A stretch of 64,000 nucleotides of DNA from Muribaculaceae bacterium (GCA_017620885.1 JAGAUF010000103.1:29550-93549); one strand, 5' to 3'; positions 37,614 through 46,794 are shown, counted from the first letter of the stretch. The notes: generated by a model not told the origin, from the letters alone. Numbers and translations are program-made.

Positions 37614-39194
37614 TTAGAAGGGGAGGGGGGAGGGGACGGAGAGGCGGTCGAGGGAGCGGTAGCCGATGGCTTCGGCGATGTGACGGCTGAGTACGGGCGC
37701 ATTCGCGGCCTTCTCAGGCGTCATGGTGGCTGAATAGTCGAGGTCGGCTATGGTGCGTGCCACGCGCAGGATACGGTCGAAGGCGCGGGCTGTCATATTG
37801 AGTCGCGTCATACGCTCTTTCAGTTTGGAGAGCCCCTTCTCGTCGGGCCATGCGTATGTGTGCAGCAGTCGTGAATTCATCTGTGCGTTGCAGTGTATGC
37901 CCGGCTCATTTTTGAAGCGTTCCTGCTGAATGACGCGCGCTTTGATGACGCGTTCGCGTATCGCCGCGGAACTCTCGGCCGGAACAGTATTGGCCATATC
38001 GTCGAAGGGTACAGGCTGAATTTCAATCTGTAGGTCGATTCGGTCGAGGAGCGGTCCGGAAATTTTGTTGAGGTATTTGCTGACTTGCGATGTGGTGCAT
38101 GTGCAGGCTTTCGTGGGGTGCCCATGATAACCGCACGGGCAGGGGTTCATGGAGGCCACGAGCATAAACGAGGCGGGGTAATCAACGGTGTATTTGGCGC
38201 GCGCCACAGTTATGACGCGGTCTTCGATGGGCTGTCGCAACACTTCAAGCACATTGCGCGGAAATTCGGGGAATTCGTCGAGGAAGAGGATGCCGTTGTG
38301 GGCGAGGGATATTTCTCCGGGCTGCGGATTGGAGCCTCCACCCACGAGGGCTACGGGAGAGACGGTATGGTGGGGCGTGCGGAAAGGACGCTGCGTGAGG
38401 AGCATCGAGCCGCGCGACAGTTTGCCCGCTACGGAGTGAATCTTGGTCGTTTCGAGTGCTTCCGACATGCTCAGCGGAGGCAATATGGAGGGTAATCTCT
38501 TGGCCATCATTGATTTGCCTGAGCCGGGCGAGCCTACGAGCAGGATGTTGTGCCCGCCTGCACAGGCCACCTCGAAGGCCCGTTTTACGCTTTCTTGCCC
38601 TTTCACCTCCGAGAAATCCAACTCGAAATTGCCGGAATAGCGAGCAAACAGCTCCCGCGTATTTATCACGGTGGGTTTCAGCTCGCTTTCACCGGTAAGG
38701 ATGTCAAGGGCATCTTTCAGCGTCTCGACACCGAAGACCTCTACCTTATTGACTACGGCCGCTTCCGTGACGTTAGCTTTCGGCACTATCAGACGCTTGA
38801 AGCCTAATTCGCGGGCTTTCACGGCCATAGGCAACGCTCCCCGTATGGGCAGCACTGATCCGTCGAGCGAGAGCTCGCCCATAATCATATACGTGTCGAG
38901 GTCGGGACATTCGATCGACTGATGGGCTGCCAGCACAGCCACGGCCATCGGAAGGTCGAAGGCTGCCCCCTCTTTTTTCACGTCGGCCGGCGAAAGATTG
39001 AATATTATGCGTCGATGAGGGAAAACGATGCCGCTGTTTCGCAGTGCGGATTCGATGCGAGGATAACTCTCGCGAACGGCTGTGTCGGGCATCCCTATTA
39101 TGGTTGTGCCGACGCCTTTCTCCGTCATTGCCTCGATAGTGACTTGATAAGCTTCGATGCCGTAAACGGCGGCTGAATATACCTTGACCAACAT
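37614..39194 (-). CDS. comM: YifB/ComM family Mg-chelatase-like AAA+ ATPase
   Basis: NLSPADVKKEG.AFDLP, GSPGSGKSM, PGEISLAHNGILFLDEFPEF, MNPCPCGY, ISGPLLDRID. Confidence 0.93.
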   Translation of the reverse strand: MLVKVYSAAVYGIEAYQVTIEAMTEKGVGTTIIGMPDTAVRESYPRIESALRNSGIVFPHRRIIFNLSPADVKKEGAAFDLPMAVAVLAAHQSIECPDLDTYMIMGELSLDGSVLPIRGALPMAVKARELGFKRLIVPKANVTEAAVVNKVEVFGVETLKDALDILTGESELKPTVINTRELFARYSGNFELDFSEVKGQESVKRAFEVACAGGHNILLVGSPGSGKSMMAKRLPSILPPLSMSEALETTKIHSVAGKLSRGSMLLTQRPFRTPHHTVSPVALVGGGSNPQPGEISLAHNGILFLDEFPEFPRNVLEVLRQPIEDRVITVARAKYTVDYPASFMLVASMNPCPCGYHGHPTKACTCTTSQVSKYLNKISGPLLDRIDLQIEIQPVPFDDMANTVPAESSAAIRERVIKARVIQQERFKNEPGIHCNAQMNSRLLHTYAWPDEKGLSKLKERMTRLNMTARAFDRILRVARTIADLDYSATMTPEKAANAPVLSRHIAEAIGYRSLDRLSVPSPLPF

Positions 39195-39215
39195 TTCTTC
39201 AATCAGTTAAGTGCC

Positions 39216-40244
39216 TTAATTTTTTCTCCTCATCGCTTTGAGCGCCTCCACAATATCGACGCCTCCGTAAATTACCTTCCCGGAGGAATTTATTACGGCA
39301 AACCATGGCGTTTCCCTCACTCCGAGCGCGAGCGACGATTCGGCTACTTCCCCTTCGGGCGACCACAATTTCAGCGATCCGGGGATGGAGTCCATATCAA
39401 ATGACCGGCGTGCCGAAGCAGAGTCGGTGTCAAACGAGACAAGTGCTATTCTCGCTACATTCTTCTCTTTCTCGCGGAAGAATGAGCGCAATGAATCGAG
39501 TGTCGTCTGGCGTTCGTTGTAGTCATTGTTCCGGCGAAACCAGAAGAGGGTCTTGCGTGAGTCGCGGGCTGAAAAGCGCACCACGGAGTCAGGATTGGCA
39601 AGGAAGGTGAGTTTGGCGGCATTGCCTGACGATGCGGGCGTCAGACCCGGGAGGTCGGAGCGGTTGAAGAGCTGAAGCCATTTGCCTCGTTTCGCTTCCT
39701 CCCCCAATGCGTTCCAGAGCTTCATAAATCCTGCTTCATCTAAGCGACGGTCGTATGACGTCATAAGAAGGATAAGCGAGAGGGGATTGTCGGGATTTTG
39801 CTTCACGTATTCCTCGACGGCTTTATTGGCGCCGTGGCCCGACGGATCAGCAAGCTGTGAAGCGTGTTTCTGACGCCATGCGCTCCATTCCTCATTGATG
39901 TCATTGCCGTCAATCTCCCATTTTGCTGGATCGGCGCCTTTCCCCTTTATGGTGATCTTATCGCCCCGCTCGGCATAAAATGCGACGGAGGGACGGCTCC
40001 CCGAGTAATAGACATAGACGATAGTCGGCAGGCGCGTGATTCCTTTTACCTCCCCCTTGCCTTGCGTGACAACGGCCACATTTTCAGAAATCCATCCTTT
40101 CTCCTTGTCGGAGGTGTAATACACGAGGCGATAATTCTCAATCACGTCGGGCGACAGCTCGAAGTGAACGAGGAACTCACTTTTACCGCAGGAGCAGACA
40201 ATCAGCGCCGTAACGACGGCCATAAAAAACGATAATCTCTTCAT
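39216..40244 (-). CDS. DUF4369-type lipoprotein with degenerate thioredoxin-like C-terminal domain
   Basis: Lipobox IVCS-C-G from ATG at 40244; YAERGDKITIKG...GNDINEEW, YVKQNPDNPLS; C-terminal LVSFD...LGVRETPWFAVINSSGKV without CxxC. Confidence 0.6.
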   Translation of the reverse strand: MKRLSFFMAVVTALIVCSCGKSEFLVHFELSPDVIENYRLVYYTSDKEKGWISENVAVVTQGKGEVKGITRLPTIVYVYYSGSRPSVAFYAERGDKITIKGKGADPAKWEIDGNDINEEWSAWRQKHASQLADPSGHGANKAVEEYVKQNPDNPLSLILLMTSYDRRLDEAGFMKLWNALGEEAKRGKWLQLFNRSDLPGLTPASSGNAAKLTFLANPDSVVRFSARDSRKTLFWFRRNNDYNERQTTLDSLRSFFREKEKNVARIALVSFDTDSASARRSFDMDSIPGSLKLWSPEGEVAESSLALGVRETPWFAVINSSGKVIYGGVDIVEALKAMRRKN

Positions 40245-40348
40245 CGTCACAAAGGTAATACTTTTTTCTTGCCCTTGCAAACTCCTATGCCATTTATTCA
40301 AGAGGGGAGGGGCGATAGAGGCCGGCAAGAAATGCGGTTAAATAAAAC

Positions 40349-40374
40349 GAGGCGTACCGGTTATGATACGCCTC
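40349..40374 (-). terminator. intrinsic terminator after the WYL gene
   Basis: GAGGCGTA...TACGCCTC followed by a T-rich run on the minus strand. Confidence 0.6.
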
Positions 40375-40406
40375 ATCAGGTTAAAATCTTGTTTCTGCGC
40401 CGCCGC

Positions 40407-41369
40407 TCACTCTTTCTTTGCGGTCGCCGTCTTAATCTTATACGCAATCACAGGATCGGGACGCTGCGAATAGTTTGATAACATCTGTTCGAGGCGTTTC
40501 TTGATTTCATTGCGTAGCGAGGCCGGCGAGAGCACCTCTGCCTCTGTGCCGAAGCGCAGCATCTGGAGCAGAAATTCTTCTGAAAGGATGAAGCGGTAAT
40601 TGAAAACGGATTCGCTACCCATATCCACAATTTCCTTTTGCGTAGGATGGAGGCTCTCTTTTCTGAGCTTATCGCGCACAGTGCCGCGTGCGAGGATTGA
40701 AATTACGCGAGGCGTTCCGTCGATGCCTATCACGTCGATGCCGAAATAATTGTTGAAGAAAGCATCGGGGTTGAAGGTATGCGGGAAGCTGAAATAGTTT
40801 TCCGTTGCGGAGCAACTTAAAATCTTGTCAAGATAAAATACGCGGACGTCATCGGGATTGTCGACGAAGGCTGCCAGAAGCCAGCGGCCGTTTCGGAATC
40901 TCAAGGCGTATGCTCCGACCTCATAATGGCGTGTATCGCCGTTATCTTCCTCATATTCCATCATCATAGTCACGTCCATTTTCATCGCGTCAATGATGAT
41001 GGAGAGATAGAAGGCATCCATATTGTCGGTGTCGAGCAAGATGCGGTCGCCGAGTTTGCCGCCTCCCTGTACGCGATGCGACATCGACAGATCGGTCAGC
41101 ATCCAGATTTTCAGGCGCGTGATTCCTTCGCCGCCTTCTGTCGAGATGTAATAGCGATTGCCATCCGTTCGGCCACACTCTATGCGTATGCCAAACAGCG
41201 TCTCTATCGAGTCGCGATGGTTGTGAAATGTACGTAATGCGAGCTCCGAGCCGTCAAGATTGTCTGACGCCGTGCTCCATTCCTTTGCAATCTCTTCAAA
41301 TGTAATCTTTTTGTGCCGGCGGATTGTATTTACCAGCCATACATATTTTCGGAGTAATTCGCGCTTCAT
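40407..41369 (-). CDS. WYL-domain transcriptional regulator (wHTH-WYL-WCX)
   Basis: KYVWLVNTI...LALRTFHNHR..IETLFGI, YALRFRNGRWLLA, RVFYLDKI, LHPTQ, EVLSPASLR. Confidence 0.88.
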   Translation of the reverse strand: MKRELLRKYVWLVNTIRRHKKITFEEIAKEWSTASDNLDGSELALRTFHNHRDSIETLFGIRIECGRTDGNRYYISTEGGEGITRLKIWMLTDLSMSHRVQGGGKLGDRILLDTDNMDAFYLSIIIDAMKMDVTMMMEYEEDNGDTRHYEVGAYALRFRNGRWLLAAFVDNPDDVRVFYLDKILSCSATENYFSFPHTFNPDAFFNNYFGIDVIGIDGTPRVISILARGTVRDKLRKESLHPTQKEIVDMGSESVFNYRFILSEEFLLQMLRFGTEAEVLSPASLRNEIKKRLEQMLSNYSQRPDPVIAYKIKTATAKKE

Positions 41370-41778
41370 AGCTAAATTCCGTTATGTAGTTGTTACTCTG
41401 ATGTTTTCATCGGGGGTTAAGGTGACTCCGATGATTCTCTCCTTCCTCCTCGGGGGAGGAATTGACTTTGATAATTGTTGGTACGGCCCGGGATTCTCCG
41501 TGGCCCGTCATTTAAGTGTCGCAAAGTTATAACTTTTTTTCGTAATTTACAAATTTTTTTGGCTAAAAAATATCAATAAAAACGATTTTGTGTTCTTGAT
41601 ACACGATGCCACTCTCTTCGCCCCGTTCGCTTTCCGATGAAAATACGATGACTATTTGCACGGCAGATGTTTAATGATGTCGAGATAGATGCCGACATTA
41701 TGGTCATAATGGTCAGCTTTTTGAGGAACAGGGTCACGATTCCCAAATTTTATTATTATCTTTGCAGTCATAAAATTT

Positions 41779-42576
41779 ATGTTCAGAAAAATGGCAAAAG
41801 ATCAGACAATACTTTTTCATTCCACGATATTCGGCCCGATTCATAGCCGTCGCCTCGGCGTTTCGCTCGGCGTGAATCTATCTCCTTACGACGGTAAGGT
41901 ATGTTCGTTCGACTGTCTCTATTGCGAGGCGGGATTTAACGCGCAGGGTGCGGGCAAATCCGGCCTTCCTGCACGCGAGGACGTGGCCCGGCTGCTCGAC
42001 GAAAAATTGACTGAAATGCGGCAAAACGGCGATAAGCTCGACGTCATTACTTTCTCCGGCAACGGCGAGCCGACGCTTCATCCCCATTTTGCCGAAATAA
42101 TCGACGATACTATCGCCATCCGAGACAAACATTTTCCCGAAGCTAAAGTTTCGGTCTTGTCAAATTCCACACAGTTGCACCGCCCCGATGTGTGCGAGGC
42201 GCTCCGTCGGGTCGACAATAACATTCTTAAGCTCGACAGCGCCCTTGAAAAGAGTATGCGACTCATTGATCGTCCGGTGGCAAAAGATTTTACTGTCGAA
42301 AAAGTGGTGGAGCAACTCAAGCAGTTTGAAGGTCAGGCAATCATCCAGACGATGTTCCTTCGCGGTGAGCACAGTGGCGAGCCGGTTGATAATACCGTCG
42401 ACGCAGAGGTGAACGCGCTGATTGAAGCTTATAAGGCCATCCGCCCACGTGAGGTGATGATTTATAGCCTCGACCGCTCTACTCCCGAAGAGAATCTCAA
42501 TAAAGTGCCGAAAGAGGAACTTCTCGCAATCGGTGAGAAGGTGAAAGCCGCCGGAATCGCGGTGCAAGTGAACTGA
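41779..42576 (+). CDS. radical SAM Fe-S protein (TYW1-like N-terminal family)
   Basis: FGPIHSRRLGVSLGVN, CxxxCxxC (CSFDCLYC), TFSGNGEPTLHP. Confidence 0.88.
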   Translation: MFRKMAKDQTILFHSTIFGPIHSRRLGVSLGVNLSPYDGKVCSFDCLYCEAGFNAQGAGKSGLPAREDVARLLDEKLTEMRQNGDKLDVITFSGNGEPTLHPHFAEIIDDTIAIRDKHFPEAKVSVLSNSTQLHRPDVCEALRRVDNNILKLDSALEKSMRLIDRPVAKDFTVEKVVEQLKQFEGQAIIQTMFLRGEHSGEPVDNTVDAEVNALIEAYKAIRPREVMIYSLDRSTPEENLNKVPKEELLAIGEKVKAAGIAVQVN

Positions 42577-42604
42577 CGCGCATAAACATAAATAAGCTCT
42601 GAAA

Positions 42605-43546
42605 ATGAAATATCCCAAGCCACTCCGACTGGGCGATACGATAGCGATAGTCGCTCCTGCCACCGAAGTAAAGGCTCAATACGTCACGGAAGCTGCCGAA
42701 TTTCTGCGTTGCGAAGGATACGAAGTTATCATAGCTCCGCATTGTCTCGGCGCCGTCAGCGGCACATACGCAGCCACGAGGGAGCAGCGCCTCGAAGATT
42801 TTATCGATGCCCTTGAGAATCCTGAAGTACGCTGCATACTCTGCGCCCGTGGCGGATACGGATGTGTACAGCTCATCGGCGACATCCCTGCCAACCTTCT
42901 CGAAAAGGATCCGAAATGGATCGTCGGATTCTCCGACGTCTCGGCTCTCCATGCCCTTATGCAAACCAACGGCATCGCTTCGCTTCACGCAGGAATGGCC
43001 AAACATCTCGCAGAATCGCCATTCGGCGATCCCTCAGTGACGGCCTTCCTTGATATTCTCAAAGGGGAAAAGACGCTGACTTATAATTTCGATTGTCAGG
43101 CTGACGGATTGGAAACGCTCACTCCCGGCCAAGTCTCCGGTACTCTCCGTGGCGGAAATTTTGCCGTTCTCGACGCGCTCGCCGCAACCCCCTTCGACAT
43201 CCTTTGCGCCGATTCCGACGAAGATGTCATCCTTTTCCTTGAAGATGTTGGTGAAAACATCTACAAGGTAGACCGTATGCTGTGGCGCCTTCATCTTGCT
43301 GGAGTCCTCGATCGTGTGAAGGGACTGATTTTCTGCGAGTTCAATTCATATAAGCCTGACAAGAACCATGAGACGATGGAGGATATGATTGCGCTGAGAA
43401 TGAAACAATGGCACGTCGATTGCCCTGCGGTAATGCGATTCCCCGTCGGGCATGAGGATGGCCGTAACTTCCCGCTCGTGGAAGGCTGTCACGCAACCAT
43501 CAGCGCGACATTTGAGAACGTAACCTTAACTCAGGAACTTATATGA
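42605..43546 (+). CDS. LD-carboxypeptidase (peptidase S66)
   Basis: CARGGYG, nucleophile GFSDVS, LFLEDVGE, PVGH. Confidence 0.9.
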   Translation: MKYPKPLRLGDTIAIVAPATEVKAQYVTEAAEFLRCEGYEVIIAPHCLGAVSGTYAATREQRLEDFIDALENPEVRCILCARGGYGCVQLIGDIPANLLEKDPKWIVGFSDVSALHALMQTNGIASLHAGMAKHLAESPFGDPSVTAFLDILKGEKTLTYNFDCQADGLETLTPGQVSGTLRGGNFAVLDALAATPFDILCADSDEDVILFLEDVGENIYKVDRMLWRLHLAGVLDRVKGLIFCEFNSYKPDKNHETMEDMIALRMKQWHVDCPAVMRFPVGHEDGRNFPLVEGCHATISATFENVTLTQELI

Positions 43547-43995
43547 AGGCAGTAATCCAACGCGTGAAGCGCGCGTCCGTCTCAATCTCCGGAGAACAGA
43601 TAAGCAAAATAGGCGCGGGTCTGCTCATCCTCCTCTGCGTCGTCCCCGACGATACTGAGGCTGACCTTGACCTCCTCGTGAAAAAATGCGCCAAGCTGCG
43701 AATATTCGACGATGAAGAGGGGGTGATGAATCTCTCCGTTGCCGATGTCCATGGTGAAATCCTTTGCGTTTCGCAATTTACCCTCGCCGCGGCCGTCCGC
43801 AAGGGGAACCGCCCGAGCTATATCGGCGCCGCACGCCCCGAAATCGCCATTCCCCTTTACGACCGTTTCTGTACGGAACTCTCGGCCGCCGCTTCTACCG
43901 ACGTCCAAAAGGGCGTCTTCGGTGCAGATATGCAGGTGGAGCTGGTTAATGACGGCCCGGTCACCATTATAATAGACACCAAAAACCTTGTATAG
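43543..43995 (+). CDS. dtd: D-aminoacyl-tRNA deacylase
   Basis: MKAVIQRV, SQFTL, GNRPSY, FGADMQVELVNDGPVT. Confidence 0.96.
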   Translation: MKAVIQRVKRASVSISGEQISKIGAGLLILLCVVPDDTEADLDLLVKKCAKLRIFDDEEGVMNLSVADVHGEILCVSQFTLAAAVRKGNRPSYIGAARPEIAIPLYDRFCTELSAAASTDVQKGVFGADMQVELVNDGPVTIIIDTKNLV

Positions 43996-43997
43996 CT

Positions 43998-44330
43998 ATG
44001 ACTATCGATGAAGCACAGCAGGCCGTAGATGCGTGGATTCAGAATGTCGGAGGCGGGTATTTTTCTGAGCTGACCAATATGGCGCTATTGACAGAAGAAA
44101 CCGGCGAGCTGGCGCGCGTCATAGCCCGCAAATACGGCGACCAGATAGCCAAACGGGGAGACCTCGACTGTTCTCTCGCCGAAGAGATGGCCGATATTCT
44201 CTGGGTGCTTATATGTCTTGCGAATCAGACCGGCGTCAATCTGACTGATGCCCTGCAAGACAGTATACGTAAGAAAACAGAGCGCGACGCAGAACGTTTC
44301 GCTCCACGTCGCACCCGAAAACTTTCTTAG
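43998..44330 (+). CDS. MazG-like nucleotide pyrophosphohydrolase (YpjD-like)
   Basis: LTEETGELAR...EEMADILWVLICLANQTG. Confidence 0.9.
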   Translation: MTIDEAQQAVDAWIQNVGGGYFSELTNMALLTEETGELARVIARKYGDQIAKRGDLDCSLAEEMADILWVLICLANQTGVNLTDALQDSIRKKTERDAERFAPRRTRKLS

Positions 44331-44348
44331 AATCGGCTCTTAATTCAT

Positions 44349-45299
44349 TTAAACGATATTCCGGGGCGTTCCTTTCAGAAACGCCTCGACATTTTCTGCC
44401 GTTACTGCAATCAGACGTTTGCGCGCCTCAAATGTCGCCCAGCCGATATGCGGCATAATCATTATATTTGGTGCCGTCAGTAACGGATTGTCGCTTTTGG
44501 GAGGCTCTGTCGAAAGGACGTCGACGCCTACGCCTGCAAGACGACCCTCCCGCAATGCCTCAGCCACAGCATTTTCATCGAGCAGTCCACCGCGTGCCGT
44601 ATTGATAAGAATTGCCGTCGGCTTCATTTTCTTTATCAAGGATGCATTGACCATTTTCGCCGTGTCGTCGCACAGCGGACAGTGCAATGTCACGACGTCG
44701 GAGGTGGCAAATAGCTCCTCGCGGCTCATCTTGACATACCCTTCGGGAAGAGACTCCTGCGGCTTTCCTGTCTCAACAGCGATTTTCATCCCTATCGCCG
44801 CACCGATTCGCGCCACTTGCTGCCCGATATTGCCAAAACCGACAATACCCAACTGACGCCCGGCCAATTCTATAAACGTGTGATGAGCATAGCTGAAATC
44901 GGCACACTCGCTCCAATACCCGTTCTTATTTTTCTCTGTGTAATAGTCCGGATGATAAATCAGTCCCAACAGCAAAGCAAATACCAATTGAGCAACGGAA
45001 TATGTGCTGTAAGCCGGAACGTTCGCCACGATTATGCCACGCTCGTGTGCCGCTGCTATATCCACTACATTCGTCCCCGTCGCAAGGATTCCGATGTATC
45101 TGAGCTTCGGCAGATCTGCGAGTATTTCTCGCGTCAGCACAACTTTATTAGTCAGCACAATCTCCGCATCTTTGGCGCGACTGATAATTTCATCAGGCAT
45201 TGTGCGCTCGTAAACAGTCAGTTCTCCATGTTCCTTTAGCGCATCCCACGAAAGGTCGCCCGGATTCACCGGGTAACCGTCCAAAATCACAATCTTCAT
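44349..45299 (-). CDS. hprA: D-2-hydroxyacid dehydrogenase (glycerate dehydrogenase/hydroxypyruvate reductase)
   Basis: GIVGFGNIG, LHCPL, INTARG, DVLSTEPP, PHIGW. Confidence 0.85.
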   Translation of the reverse strand: MKIVILDGYPVNPGDLSWDALKEHGELTVYERTMPDEIISRAKDAEIVLTNKVVLTREILADLPKLRYIGILATGTNVVDIAAAHERGIIVANVPAYSTYSVAQLVFALLLGLIYHPDYYTEKNKNGYWSECADFSYAHHTFIELAGRQLGIVGFGNIGQQVARIGAAIGMKIAVETGKPQESLPEGYVKMSREELFATSDVVTLHCPLCDDTAKMVNASLIKKMKPTAILINTARGGLLDENAVAEALREGRLAGVGVDVLSTEPPKSDNPLLTAPNIMIMPHIGWATFEARKRLIAVTAENVEAFLKGTPRNIV

Positions 45300-45529
45300 A
45301 TCAAATCTTTTTCGGTAAAACGTACGGAAGCATCGTCGTTTTATTTTTAGTGTAACACAAATATCGTGCCAATAGTTCCAAAATAGATTAAAGATAGAAA
45401 AGATTTTTTACATCGTGTGTTTGTAAAATATGCGAATTGTAATGGAGAGAAGATGAATAAATTATTTTCGTGAATATCAGCGAGTTACCGATATGGCTTG
45501 AAGATGCTTCAAAAAAAGTTGCTGAAAAA

Positions 45530-45561
45530 TTTGCATTGCGCTGAAAAAAGTTGTAATTTTG
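45530..45561 (+). promoter_or_regulatory. Bacteroidota sigma-ABfr promoter
   Basis: TTTG (45530-45533), 20 nt spacer, TAATTTTG (45554-45561). Confidence 0.75.
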
Positions 45562-45565
45562 CACC

Positions 45566-45660
45566 GCTTTAAGGCGATATCCCCACCGATACGTCGGCGA
45601 AAGTATCAGGCAAATTCCCCCAGAATTTCCATTTCGGATACCGGTCGGTACGCTTAAAGC
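45566..45660 (+). ncRNA. candidate structured ncRNA co-transcribed upstream of tRNA-Pro
   Basis: Closing helix GCTTTAAG/CTTAAAGC, internal CCGA-TACG-TCGG hairpin, GTATC/GATAC enclosing AAATTC/GAATTT. Confidence 0.55.
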
Positions 45661-45668
45661 CGCCTTAT

Positions 45669-45743
45669 CGGGGTGTAGCTCAGTCCGGTTAGAGTGTGCG
45701 TCTGGGGGGCGTGAGGTCGCAAGTTCGAATCTTGTCACCCCGA
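45669..45743 (+). tRNA. tRNA-Pro(GGG)
   Basis: Acceptor CGGGGTG/CACCCCG, anticodon loop CT-GGG-GG, T arm CAAGTTCGAATCTTG. Confidence 0.93.
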
Positions 45744-45820
45744 CAAAGAAATGATAGGTCAGTCTTTAGCGGCTGGCCTTCATTGTTTGTATTTGCTGCC
45801 GACTATCACCGGGTGCATAT

Positions 45821-45871
45821 TAGGTCGGGGATAGGTCGGGGATAGGTCGGAAATAGGTCGGAAATAGGTCG
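45821..45871. repeat. 11-bp tandem repeat TAGGTCGGRRA (about 4.6 copies)
   Basis: taggtcgggga x2, taggtcggaaa x2, taggtcg. Confidence 0.85.
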
Positions 45872-45958
45872 CCCCATACGTCGCGTTGTCGAGGATTCTC
45901 GGATTCGGGATTAAACCGCCGATTGATATTATTGTCTAAATCAAAAAGATATACGATT

Positions 45959-46318
45959 ATGAAAAAATTTACTCTCATTCTCGCTTCGCTCTTATTGGCA
46001 ACGTTGTCTGTGAGCGCTGCAGTTGTTCCCCCCTCGTATCCGGGCGGTGAGGAAGCGATGCAGAAGTTTATTAAGGAGAATCTCAAATACCCGGAGATGT
46101 CGAAGGAAATGGGTATCGAAGGCGTGGTGAACGTGCAGTTTACCGTTAAAGCCGACGGCTCAATCGGAAGTATTAAGATTGTCAGGATGATAGATCCCGA
46201 TCTTGAGCAGGAAGCTATCCGTCTGGTAAAAACAATGCCCTCATGGACTCCGGCTACCGATAACGGTTCCCCGGTGGATGCGACGGCAACAGTCGCCATA
46301 CCATTCACTCTCGAATGA
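45959..46318 (+). CDS. standalone TonB C-terminal domain protein
   Basis: Signal peptide, then PSYPGG...LKYP...GIEGVVNVQFTVKADGSI...EAIRLVKTMPSWTPA. Confidence 0.85.
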   Translation: MKKFTLILASLLLATLSVSAAVVPPSYPGGEEAMQKFIKENLKYPEMSKEMGIEGVVNVQFTVKADGSIGSIKIVRMIDPDLEQEAIRLVKTMPSWTPATDNGSPVDATATVAIPFTLE

Positions 46319-46461
46319 AGTGATTAGATAACAATATTGGAATAAATAAATATATGCAATGGCTGCTGAGTCTAAATGGCTTAAGCAGCCATTGTAATGT
46401 CAGAAGCTCAATAACCCTCCAAAGGGGAAGGCTGAGTATGTAATGACTTGTTATTCAACGA

Positions 46462-46533
46462 AATAAAAGCAGGTCTCTTTTCACAAAGAGACCTGCTTAA
46501 ACCTTAATCTTAATTTAATACTATGAAAAACAC
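46462..46533 (-). ncRNA. small RNA of a conserved Bacteroidota family (resembles BTnc201/MasB-like, from recall)
   Basis: Minus-strand TAATTTTG promoter (46538-46545), 5' GTGTTTTTCATAGTATTA..., ends in a 14-bp hairpin AAGCAGGTCTCTTT/AAAGAGACCTGCTT plus T run. Confidence 0.6.
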
Positions 46534-46794
46534 TCGGCAAAATTACGGCTTTTTTTTCAAAAGCACAATTGCCTGAGAGAAAAAAGTATATAAATTAACA
46601 TTTTTTAACGTAGTATGTCCGTATAATGGTCATTAAGACTTCTGATACGTCAATATTGCTGCTTAAGTTGCAGAGGAGGGGTATGGCAGGCTTTTCCGGT
46701 GGGTTTGGGAATAAAGATGTCCCCTTTAATTTGTATTTTTCGCCCTTATTGTTTGGGGAAAATTTCAGTTATGCTTAGATTTCCTTGTCAGGGG

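Noticed and set aside
36141-41369. Intact integrative element or complete defence system around comM and the WYL gene
   Set aside because: No integrase, att repeat or intact effector; comM is uninterrupted and the WYL gene has its own terminator.
45388-45738. 116-aa minus-strand ORF
   Set aside because: Antisense to tRNA-Pro and its promoter region.
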